Part shown: positions 1 to 8,050 of the stretch, one piece after another
How the letters are laid out: each line of letters begins with the position of its first letter
How positions within the stretch are numbered: position 1 is the first letter of the stretch
NCBI GenBank assembly: GCA_964471945.1
Contig: CAYYIJ010000002.1
Span: 10,481-74,480, forward strand
Direction: 5' to 3'
DNA length: 64,000 nucleotides
Source of the DNA: an uncultured Chlorobiaceae bacterium
GTDB lineage: Bacteria; Bacteroidota; Ignavibacteria; UBA10030; SZUA-254
Translations under genes and position numbers: made by a program
The notes under the pieces: model-generated
What the model saw: the letters and a program-made list of their open reading frames with translations, nothing else
Database searches by the model: none
Told to the model about the DNA's origin: nothing

Positions 1-2
1 TA

Positions 3-284
3 ATGGTAAGTAGAGCAAAAGAGAAAGGATTCAACTTTACATATCTTCGGGATGAAGATCAAATAGTGGCAGATGCATTCGGTGCTACGCATACACCGCA
101 GTTCTTCGTGTTCGATGAAAAGAGAAAACTACGATACAGCGGTAAAATGGACGACAATTGGAACAATCCGAAAGCAGTTAAAGAAAATTATCTACGCGAT
201 GCAATAGACGCTCTGCTTTCTGGAAAAGATGTTAAAATTCTGGAAACATATTCTATAGGCTGCACAATCAAGTGGAGGACCTAA
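3..284 (+). CDS. Thioredoxin-fold redoxin (AhpC/TSA-like), C-terminal fragment; the gene starts upstream of the window.
   Basis: ORF runs from the window edge; the composition and motifs (FVFDEKRKLRYSGKMDD) resemble redoxin-family C-termini. Confidence 0.45.
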   Translation: MVSRAKEKGFNFTYLRDEDQIVADAFGATHTPQFFVFDEKRKLRYSGKMDDNWNNPKAVKENYLRDAIDALLSGKDVKILETYSIGCTIKWRT

Positions 285-285
285 T

Positions 286-1569
286 TTAATTTCTTGTTGC
301 CGCCGAAGCAGTTTTTTCGTGAGCAACAACCTTATTATAAATCAACATAAATAAAGCTGCTAATGCCCCGACAGCTGCCAGTATGAGCCAGATAACATCG
401 GGATTATTGGCTTCTTTTGCAAATGTTTTATAGATATAACCGCCAAACGTTCCACCAAAAACCCAACCCATTGCAATTGGTAAAAATGCATATCCTTGAA
501 AAAGTCCGATTTGCCCCTTGGGTGCAAGATTGGCTATGTACTCGTAATATCGAGGTGCTTGTGTCATCTCACCGATTGCAAAAATGACGAGTGCCGGTAC
601 TATTATCCAAAGAGTTGGATTGGTAAAAATGATTAACCAGGTTATTGCCGAGAGTGCAAAACCTACTGTTATCGCTGTGATCGGAGAAAGCTTACTTGTC
701 AGTCGGTTGACCAAGACCTGAAGAAAGATTATACTCCACGCACCAGTTGACTCAACTAATTCGAACGGTGCGTCGGCGGAGATGAAGTCTCTAATAAAAT
801 ATGGTATGATTATAAATATTTGCCAGAACATTATCCAATATAGAGAAAATATCATGAGGAATAGCATGAAACGGAAGTTGGTAAGAACATAGAAAAGATT
901 TGAAACTTTTTCCGACAACAGTCCGCCGGGTGCATCTTCGGTGCCCCCCGGCTCCTTATAGAAAATCAGTGTGCTGATAAACATCAATGCACACGAAACT
1001 GCAGAGACAAGATACACATAGCTGATACCGATATTATCACGAACTAAAAAGGCAATTGCTGGTCCAACAGCGCCGCCTATGTTAACAAGCATATAATAAA
1101 TTGCATAACCCAATGATTTTGATTGGAGAGTTGTTGTTTTAGAAACGGTTCCTAGAACTGCAGGTTTAATGAATGAGCCTCCTATCGCTGTAAACACTAA
1201 AACGGCTACAAGAGTCCAGAATAAATGTTCCTTTGCAACCAACTCGGAAAACGGAGGCATACCTGTAGCGCCAATCAGGAAATAACCTATGGCAAGAATG
1301 AAGAAAGCAAATGTAAAAGATTTGCGGAAGCCATATTTATCTGCAAGCGCACCCGCAAATATAGGGAGGAAATAAATTAACCCACCAAAGATGGACGAAA
1401 GCTTACCCGCCTGAAATTCATCGAAATGGAGATGATCCCGCAAGAACACACTTAACACGGTTGCTTGACCATAATAAGCGAGTCTCTCGAATAATTCCAT
1501 TCCGTTTGCCACCCAAAACATTGGATGAAATTCTGTTCGCAGCTTTTGTAAACTTTTTGTTAATTCCAT
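286..1569 (-). CDS. Proton-dependent oligopeptide transporter, POT/PTR2 family MFS (DtpT-like).
   Basis: Twelve or more hydrophobic segments and POT-family signature stretches (LAYYG, FGGLIYFLPIFAGALADKYGFRK). The ORF extends to 1701 with a TTG start. I trimmed to the internal ATG (MELTKS...) 44 codons downstream, which gives a typical POT N-terminus. Confidence 0.8.
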   Translation of the reverse strand: MELTKSLQKLRTEFHPMFWVANGMELFERLAYYGQATVLSVFLRDHLHFDEFQAGKLSSIFGGLIYFLPIFAGALADKYGFRKSFTFAFFILAIGYFLIGATGMPPFSELVAKEHLFWTLVAVLVFTAIGGSFIKPAVLGTVSKTTTLQSKSLGYAIYYMLVNIGGAVGPAIAFLVRDNIGISYVYLVSAVSCALMFISTLIFYKEPGGTEDAPGGLLSEKVSNLFYVLTNFRFMLFLMIFSLYWIMFWQIFIIIPYFIRDFISADAPFELVESTGAWSIIFLQVLVNRLTSKLSPITAITVGFALSAITWLIIFTNPTLWIIVPALVIFAIGEMTQAPRYYEYIANLAPKGQIGLFQGYAFLPIAMGWVFGGTFGGYIYKTFAKEANNPDVIWLILAAVGALAALFMLIYNKVVAHEKTASAATRN

Positions 1570-1751
1570 GAATACTCCTGTCGATTTATAAAGATACCTG
1601 AAACGATATTTTGAATATGTGAAGTTAGTGAAATGTGCTATGAGAAGCAAACTGAGAGCGGCGAGCGAAGGCTGTGAGGGTATTACCAATAAAATTTTCA
1701 ATGTGCAGACGATTTTGAATCTGAATTATATTTCTGTATCTTTTCAAATAT

Positions 1752-2816
1752 TTGAAAGATAACGGATACATGAATATGAAAGCAATTAGATTTCATAACT
1801 TCGGTGATACAGAAGTTTTACGATTAGAGGATGTACCCAAGCCGCGTATAGGTCCAAACAATATACTGCTCCAGATGAAAGCCGCAGCATTAAACCACCT
1901 CGACATATGGGTGCGGAGCGGTTCAAGAGAAAAAAATATTCCGCTGCCTCACATTCTCGGTTCAGACGGATCTGGGATAATTGCAGAAGTTGGTTCGGCT
2001 GTAGATTTTTTCAAAGTTGGAGATAAAGTATTAATCTCACCCGGTATCTCATGCGGCTATTGCGAGATGTGTTTGGGTGGAACAGATAATCTTTGCCGCA
2101 CATACCATGTACTTGGCACGAAGGAGGATGGAACATACGCTGAGTTTGTAAAGCTTCCCGCCGATAATGTTCTACCAATACCGGATGGATTGGATTTCAA
2201 TCAAGCAGCTGCGATACCGCTTGTCTTTTTAACGGCATGGCATATGCTAGTTGGAGTAGCGAGAATAAAACCTGGCGAAACAGTTCTCGTTCATGCGGCA
2301 GGCAGCGGTGTTGGCTCTGCCGGAATTCAGATTGCAAAACTTTTTGGTGCGCACGTGATTACTACTGCTAGTTCAATTGAAAAGTTGAATAAAGCAAGAG
2401 AGCTTGGTGTTGATGATGGAATAAATTATAAAGAAAATGATTTTGTAGAAGAAGTAAAACGAATCACCGATAAACGAGGTGTTGATATTGTATTCGAACA
2501 TACAGGCGGTGAAATTTTCCAGAAAAGTATTCTCACACTTGCCAAAGGCGGCCGACTTGTTACATGTGGTGCAACTTCGGACTATGTTGGCAAGATTGAT
2601 TTACGATATATATATGCCAAACATCTTTCGCTCTATGGCTCATTCATGGGAACAAAGCGAGAAATGATAGAAGTGCTGAATTTTTTCAAGAAAGGTGTAG
2701 GTGCAGTTCAAATGCAACCGGTTATCGACTCGGTGTTTCCTTTAGATAAAGCGGTGGAGGCGCACAAGCGATTAGAAGATAGAAAGATTTTTGGGAAAAT
2801 AGTACTAACAATATAA
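1752..2816 (+). CDS. Zn-dependent alcohol dehydrogenase / quinone oxidoreductase (MDR superfamily).
   Basis: GroES-like N-terminus (GHE-like HILGSDGSG), Cys cluster CGYCEMCLGG, Rossmann motif GAGSGVGSAG. The real start may be the Met 6-8 codons downstream (MNMKAIRF). Confidence 0.8.
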   Translation: MKDNGYMNMKAIRFHNFGDTEVLRLEDVPKPRIGPNNILLQMKAAALNHLDIWVRSGSREKNIPLPHILGSDGSGIIAEVGSAVDFFKVGDKVLISPGISCGYCEMCLGGTDNLCRTYHVLGTKEDGTYAEFVKLPADNVLPIPDGLDFNQAAAIPLVFLTAWHMLVGVARIKPGETVLVHAAGSGVGSAGIQIAKLFGAHVITTASSIEKLNKARELGVDDGINYKENDFVEEVKRITDKRGVDIVFEHTGGEIFQKSILTLAKGGRLVTCGATSDYVGKIDLRYIYAKHLSLYGSFMGTKREMIEVLNFFKKGVGAVQMQPVIDSVFPLDKAVEAHKRLEDRKIFGKIVLTI

Positions 2817-2830
2817 GAAAGGATTATTGT

Positions 2831-3178
2831 ATGAATCATTTTGGTCACATCGAAATACCAACCAGAGATTTTAAGACAGCAAAAAAATTCTTCGGCAGTG
2901 TATTCAACTGGAAATTCCAGGAGGTACCTGAAATGGAGTATGTTCTTTTTCGTGCAGGCATGAAACCGAACGGAGGATTTTTCAAAGTCAAGAAGATGCC
3001 GAAGGATGGACAGGTTAATGTTTATATTGAAGTTAAAGAGATCAATGCAACATTGAAGAAAATCAAAAGATTGGGCGGCTCTGTGATTGTCAAAAAAACT
3101 CCCGTTGCCGACATGGGTTGGTTTGCCATGTTCACAACTCCCGATGGCTGCCGCTTGTTTCTGTGGGAACGGAAATAA
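2831..3178 (+). CDS. VOC / glyoxalase-bleomycin resistance family protein.
   Basis: Single-module VOC fold of 115 aa (HFGHIEIPTRDFKTAKKFF...). Confidence 0.65.
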   Translation: MNHFGHIEIPTRDFKTAKKFFGSVFNWKFQEVPEMEYVLFRAGMKPNGGFFKVKKMPKDGQVNVYIEVKEINATLKKIKRLGGSVIVKKTPVADMGWFAMFTTPDGCRLFLWERK

Positions 3179-3257
3179 AAATTTCACGCAAAGCTCTCAA
3201 AGATACGCAAATATATTTTTCCCCTCTGAGTCTTTGCGTGAACTATTCTAATGCCTT

Positions 3258-4205
3258 ATGACAACATTTTCAGATATAGAGCGAGCGTATGAAGCCTTAA
3301 AACTCGTTGTTCATAAAACACCTCTTTTATCATCGCGGTCTTTTAATGAACTTGCCACCAACGAAATTTATTTTAAAGCAGAAAACTTTCAGCGAGTTGG
3401 CGCATTTAAATTTCGCGGTGCATATAGCAAGATAGCTTCGCTAAGTGCCGAAGAAAGAAAGCGGGGTGTGATTGCACACTCATCTGGTAACCATGCTCAA
3501 GGTGTGGCGCTTGCGAGTAAAATCTTTGGTGTGAAAGCAGTTATCATAATGCCCCACAATTCCGTGGTCAGCAAAGTAGAAGCAACAAAAGGATATGGAT
3601 CGGAGGTCGTTTTTTGTGATGTATCAACGGACGAACGGGAAAAAACAACACAAGAGCTAATTAACAAACACGGCTACATGCTCATCCATCCTTACGATGA
3701 CGAAAAACTTATTGCTGGACAAGGAACGGTCGGATTGGAAATTTTTCAAGATATAAAAGAGCTTAATTATCTTTTTGTCCCTATTGGCGGCGGGGGCTTA
3801 ATCTCAGGATGTGCAATTGCCGCTAAGCATCTTTGTCCAAGCATTAAAGTAATAGGGGTTGAAACTGACGGTGCTAACGATTGTTATCAATCATTCCGAG
3901 CAAAGAAACTGATTAAACTTCGAGCAGCCAACACGATTGCAGATGGCATGAGAACTCTATCAGTTGGCAAGCTCAATTTCGAAATCATCATGAATTATGT
4001 TGATGATGTTATCACCATCAAAGATGAAGACATTTACCCAATGATAAAATTCTTTCTTGAGAGGATGAAAATTCTTGTCGAGCCGACTGGCGCCGTTGCT
4101 CCTGCCGCAGTAATGAAAAATGTTTTGGGATTAAAAGGAAAAAAAATTACCGCTGTTATTAGTGGTGGAAATGTTGATACTGATGTTCTTAAACAAATTC
4201 TTTAA
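3258..4205 (+). CDS. PLP-dependent threonine/serine dehydratase family enzyme (threonine ammonia-lyase / serine racemase-like).
   Basis: PLP lysine motif FKFRGAY, SGNHAQG, and a Gly-rich loop GGGGLISG; 315 aa. Confidence 0.8.
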   Translation: MTTFSDIERAYEALKLVVHKTPLLSSRSFNELATNEIYFKAENFQRVGAFKFRGAYSKIASLSAEERKRGVIAHSSGNHAQGVALASKIFGVKAVIIMPHNSVVSKVEATKGYGSEVVFCDVSTDEREKTTQELINKHGYMLIHPYDDEKLIAGQGTVGLEIFQDIKELNYLFVPIGGGGLISGCAIAAKHLCPSIKVIGVETDGANDCYQSFRAKKLIKLRAANTIADGMRTLSVGKLNFEIIMNYVDDVITIKDEDIYPMIKFFLERMKILVEPTGAVAPAAVMKNVLGLKGKKITAVISGGNVDTDVLKQIL

Positions 4206-4446
4206 TAATCACTTCCAATAAAATAATCGTGAAGAATCGACACATCTCCATTGCAAAAAACATAATACCCACAATGGGACGACGCGAATAATTTTAGTTG
4301 AGATAATTCAACAATAAGAGCGGTATCAGTTCGGTGTGATATTTTCACCAGAAAAATTATCTGATAAATTCTTTAGAATCGAGATGTTTCGCATCGCTCA
4401 ACATGACAAAAAAGAATAATTCAGAAGTCTTTATATTATTACTCTC

Positions 4447-5199
4447 ATGGATTTCTCAATAATAATCTTAATTTCGTTTATATTTTTTATTATCGCTTTG
4501 CTCTACTCTTCAGTGGGGCACGGCGGTGCATCTGGATATTTGGCGGTGTTATCCTTATTTACTTTTAAACCGGATGAAATGGCATCAACCGCGTTGCTCA
4601 TAAATGTAACAGTAGCCGGGATTGCGTTTTACTCTTATTATCGTTTAGGATATTTTTCTCCAAAACTTACATTACCGTTTTTGTTAACTTCAATTCCGCT
4701 CTCATTTATCGGCGGCATGCTGAATATCCCAAAATATTATTACAGTTTCTTGCTCGCCATGGCGCTTATTACCGCAGCACTTCGTTTAATGATTAAATTG
4801 GAATCTAAAACAATAGTCGAACCAACTTACAAACATACACGAATGGCAGTTGCACTACCTGTTGGTGGAGCGATTGGTTTTATCTCCGGAATTGTCGGGG
4901 TTGGTGGAGGAATATTCCTAAGTCCGATAATTCTTCTAATGAAATGGGCAAATCCAAAATTCACAGCCGCAACTTCGGCATTATTTATAGTGATGAATTC
5001 CATTTCAGGAATTGGTGGAAGGATTATAGATGACAGATTTTCAACAGGTAATTTTTTGCCTTTCATGGCTGCGGCGATAGTGGGCGGATTTGTCGGGTCG
5101 ATTTGGGGTGCGAAGAAATTTTTACATCAAACACTCAGAAGATTACTCGGAATTGTTCTATTAATTGCGGCAATAAAACTGTTGATTGCATCTCTGTAA
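4447..5199 (+). CDS. TauE/SafE family sulfite/anion exporter permease (DUF81).
   Basis: A 250-aa polytopic protein with the internally duplicated GxGGG motifs typical of TauE/SafE (GHGGASGY, GVGGGIF). Confidence 0.8.
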   Translation: MDFSIIILISFIFFIIALLYSSVGHGGASGYLAVLSLFTFKPDEMASTALLINVTVAGIAFYSYYRLGYFSPKLTLPFLLTSIPLSFIGGMLNIPKYYYSFLLAMALITAALRLMIKLESKTIVEPTYKHTRMAVALPVGGAIGFISGIVGVGGGIFLSPIILLMKWANPKFTAATSALFIVMNSISGIGGRIIDDRFSTGNFLPFMAAAIVGGFVGSIWGAKKFLHQTLRRLLGIVLLIAAIKLLIASL

Positions 5200-5410
5200 T
5201 TCAGTGCGCTTAGTGTTGACTTAATTCACAGCCGAGGCGAGGAGGAAACAAAGATAACTTCGAGAATTTTTAAATATTTTATCATGTTGCAAGTGAAGAA
5301 CATTTTTTTTACCTTTTTAAACAGAAATTTAATTAGACTTAGCACGAAACAATAAATTATTAATCAATAACGACTAATAACTCAAAACTCATAATTCATA
5401 ACTAAAATAT

Positions 5411-5775
5411 TAGCGTAGCTTCGGCTGCTGTCTTGGCTTGAAAACGTGGAAATTTTTATGCATGCAAGATGGAGCCAGCATACGCCCCGAAAGGGGCGTG
5501 GCTGGTGTATCCTTTGTGTGCGGGCATCCACGTGCCTCAAGTCAGAGGGTAATCGGTTTCACGCCCTTTGTATTTCTGTGGCACCCGTGTAGTAGACGGT
5601 CACCGACCGTCGTTCGTAGAATACCTTGTTCGCCGATCTGTTGATCGGCTACTACAGCCCGCCGCAAAGATTCAGCCAAACGTGGTAGCCGCACCCTTTA
5701 CGGGTGCGTGTCTCAGGAAACACAGAAATCCCGCTTTAAGTAGATAAACCCACGGCTCAAAAGTCTGCGGTTACT
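5411..5775. ncRNA. Candidate structured non-coding RNA; GC-rich, ORF-free element of unknown class.
   Basis: GC content is well above the flanks. Multiple perfect hairpins are visible: ACGCCCC-GAAA-GGGGCGT nested in CCAGC/GCTGG, GACGGTC/GACCGTC, GCCGATC-tgtt-GATCGGC, GCACCC-tttac-GGGTGC. A long-range pairing ATTTCTGTGGCACCCG / CGGGTGC...CACAGAAAT is also present. The only ORF here (5438..5644) has a junk-like product. Confidence 0.3.
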
Positions 5776-5793
5776 AAGAAAATTTGAAACACT

Positions 5794-5832
5794 TGATATT
5801 CTTAAAAATGTGTGGTATATTATATACCACAG
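5794..5832 (+). promoter_or_regulatory. Sigma-70-like promoter (TTGATA, 17-bp spacer, TATATT) overlapped by a perfect palindrome TGTGGTATAT|ATATACCACA; candidate operator for the downstream HTH repressor.
   Basis: Read directly from the sequence, 20-50 nt upstream of the HTH start codon. Confidence 0.4.
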
Positions 5833-5849
5833 TATAAGGAGTTACAAGT

Positions 5850-6212
5850 ATGACTTTTGGTGAATTTGTTAGAAAAAAACGTATTGAAGCCGAGCTTGGT
5901 CTTAGAGAGTTCTGTATAAAGGCAGAGGTAGACTCAAGTAACTGGAGCAAAATTGAACGTGGAATACTTCCTGCACCTTCGAACCGGGAGTTCCTTGAAT
6001 CGCTGGCTAAGTTGTTAAAATTGAAGAAAGGTGAAACAGATTGGTACATATTTTTTGATCTTGCTTCCCTTTCTCAACAAAAGATTCCGGACGATGTTTA
6101 TGAAGATAAAAATGTATTAGCCGCTCTTCCAGTATTTTTTAGAACAGTCCGGGGCGAAAAACCGACTGAAGAAGAATTAGATAATCTGATAACTCTTTTA
6201 AAGCAGAGGTAA
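5850..6212 (+). CDS. XRE-family helix-turn-helix transcriptional regulator (CapH/ImmR-like).
   Basis: N-terminal HTH_3-like segment (TFGEFVRKKRIEAELGLREFCIKAEVDSSNWSKIERG); 6 nt upstream of the peptidase gene. Confidence 0.75.
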   Translation: MTFGEFVRKKRIEAELGLREFCIKAEVDSSNWSKIERGILPAPSNREFLESLAKLLKLKKGETDWYIFFDLASLSQQKIPDDVYEDKNVLAALPVFFRTVRGEKPTEEELDNLITLLKQR

Positions 6213-6217
6213 AAAAA

Positions 6218-6829
6218 TTGGGAGCCGACATATCGGGATTACAAATACCGTTCCTTTGGGATGATGAGATACGGAAGAAGGCAGACGAATTCAGGAAAAA
6301 ATATTGGGGTGATAAAATTCCTATCGATGTTGAACTGATTGCCGAGAGAGATTTAAAAATTTTGATTATTCCGATTCCTGATCTCCGTTACAAAGCTCAT
6401 ACAGAAGCATATCTTTCAGGTGATCTAAAAGAAATTTCGTACGACCCCGCTGCTCCTGACATCAGAATTCGTTTTTCGATAGCACACGAAATCGGTCATT
6501 TCGCTCTTCATGCAAACATAATTCGACAACTCAGACCAAGTTCAATAGATGAATGGAAAGAAATTCAACGAGCTTTGCCCGATGTTTTTTGGGGACGCGC
6601 AGAATATCAGGCGCGGGAATTTGCTGGAAGACTGTTGGTTCCCCCTGAGTTGTTGATTCAGGCGTTGAGAGAATTACAACCCTTGATTGAAAAAGCAAAA
6701 GCCATTGCGCCGAATTTGGAAATACCTGTTATTAAAGAACTCGTTTCGCCGAAACTTGCAAAGAAGTTTTTCATATCAGATGAAGTAATAGTGCGACGGA
6801 TGGATGCTGAGGGAATTCAGATAAAGTGA
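6218..6829 (+). CDS. ImmA/IrrE-family zinc metallopeptidase (M78, DUF955; CapP-like).
   Basis: HExxH motif in IAHEIGHFALH plus a downstream Glu; the typical partner of an XRE HTH. Confidence 0.75.
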   Translation: MGADISGLQIPFLWDDEIRKKADEFRKKYWGDKIPIDVELIAERDLKILIIPIPDLRYKAHTEAYLSGDLKEISYDPAAPDIRIRFSIAHEIGHFALHANIIRQLRPSSIDEWKEIQRALPDVFWGRAEYQAREFAGRLLVPPELLIQALRELQPLIEKAKAIAPNLEIPVIKELVSPKLAKKFFISDEVIVRRMDAEGIQIK

Positions 6830-6838
6830 AATGACCAG

Positions 6839-8050
6839 ATGTCAGAGATGAAAGAAAGAAATATGATATTTATCAGCCACGCTTGGGAAGACTTTGAATT
6901 TACAAAGTGGCTTGCATTACAATTAGCCAAAGAAGGTTTTGGCGTTTGGTGTGATTTGACAAAATTACTTGGGGGAGAAAATTGGCCAAGAGAAATAAAT
7001 GAAGCATTGCAAAGAAGAACATGTAAATTTCTATTTGTTCTTTCGAGATCATCAAATACAAAACCCGATCCTCTTGGCGAACTTGAAACTGCAAGAAAGA
7101 TAATGAGGCGAGAAAATATCAGCAATTTCATTGTACCTCTTAAGATAGATAGTATCGTTCGGGATCAAGTTGATTATAGACTTCAAGAAATTCAAAGCCT
7201 CTCATTTGAATCCGGTTGGGCAAAAGGTCTGTCGGATTTGTTAAAGATGTTAAATGAACAAGGAATTCCCAAGAATCTTTCATTCAATCCTCAAGCTGTC
7301 AACGAATGGTGGAAAAGATACGGTACGGAGTCAAGAAAGATTCTTGAAACGCCAGAAAACCTTTCTTCAAATAGATTTTCGATACATCACTACCCTACAA
7401 CAATTTTTGCTCACTTTGTGGATGAGAAACCTCGGATAATATCTAGAATTATTGAATCAATTCCCCTTTCAACATTAGATATTATACATGGCGAAGATGA
7501 GCTTATAGAAAACTCAAAGACAGGTCTCTATTACTTAACAAGACTTTCAAATCAGACATTTGAAAAAGGGATGGTTAATAAAGGACTTCGAAGTTTCACC
7601 CTCGCAAAATCAAAAGGTTGCTGCTACTATTTCCACGAAGAATTACTTAATAATGGAAGGATAAAATACAGAAATAGTGGTGAGCTGGATCCGAGAATAA
7701 AATTGTGGGGAAAATTTGGGACTGAGAAATGGTACTGGGCTTTGCGAGTACGATTTATGATGGAGCCACAACTTCATTATTTGGTACAATCTCATGTATT
7801 GGTTCAAAATAAAAAAGGGTTCAGTCCTGCACCAAAAGGAGTTTACAAATCGTGGAGGAATGACAAATGGAGAGATAAGTTAAAGGCATCAATGGTACAC
7901 CTAGCAGAAGACAATTCAGATATAAGATTTGGACTCGGAGCAAATAATAATCTAACAATTTCAAAGGAATCCACTTTATACACCTGCCCAGTAAGTTACG
8001 AAGAACCAGCAGAACAATCGGAAATAGAGGACGCAGATACTGATGGCTGA
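6839..8050 (+). CDS. TIR-APAZ protein of a short-pAgo (SPARTA-type) system.
   Basis: N-terminal TIR-like domain (MIFISHAWEDFEF...GFGVWCD...FLFVLSRSS...GELE) followed by a roughly 260-aa APAZ-like region. An 8-nt overlap (ATGGCTGA) with the downstream Argonaute gene indicates translational coupling. Confidence 0.7.
   Translation: MSEMKERNMIFISHAWEDFEFTKWLALQLAKEGFGVWCDLTKLLGGENWPREINEALQRRTCKFLFVLSRSSNTKPDPLGELETARKIMRRENISNFIVPLKIDSIVRDQVDYRLQEIQSLSFESGWAKGLSDLLKMLNEQGIPKNLSFNPQAVNEWWKRYGTESRKILETPENLSSNRFSIHHYPTTIFAHFVDEKPRIISRIIESIPLSTLDIIHGEDELIENSKTGLYYLTRLSNQTFEKGMVNKGLRSFTLAKSKGCCYYFHEELLNNGRIKYRNSGELDPRIKLWGKFGTEKWYWALRVRFMMEPQLHYLVQSHVLVQNKKGFSPAPKGVYKSWRNDKWRDKLKASMVHLAEDNSDIRFGLGANNNLTISKESTLYTCPVSYEEPAEQSEIEDADTDG

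Noticed and set aside
2479-3187. ORFs 2479..2667(+) and 2708..3187(-) overlapping the alcohol dehydrogenase and VOC genes.
   Set aside because: They lie in alternative or antisense frames of well-supported genes and have no recognisable features; spurious.
5438-5644. 68-aa ORF inside the GC-rich element (MKTWKFLCMQDGASIRPERGVAGV...).
   Set aside because: The product is low-complexity and Cys/Arg/Pro-rich, with no start context. It lies across multiple perfect RNA-type hairpins. It is more likely an artefact of GC-rich non-coding sequence.
5411-5775. Attempt to name the structured element as RNase P RNA, tmRNA, SRP RNA or a group II intron domain.
   Set aside because: Only one partial motif match was found (ACAGAAATCCCGCTTTA versus the RNase P CR-V). 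The partner P4/CR-I sequence, a tRNA-like T-arm/acceptor for tmRNA, the SRP domain IV motif and group II domain V are all absent on both strands, so no class is assigned.
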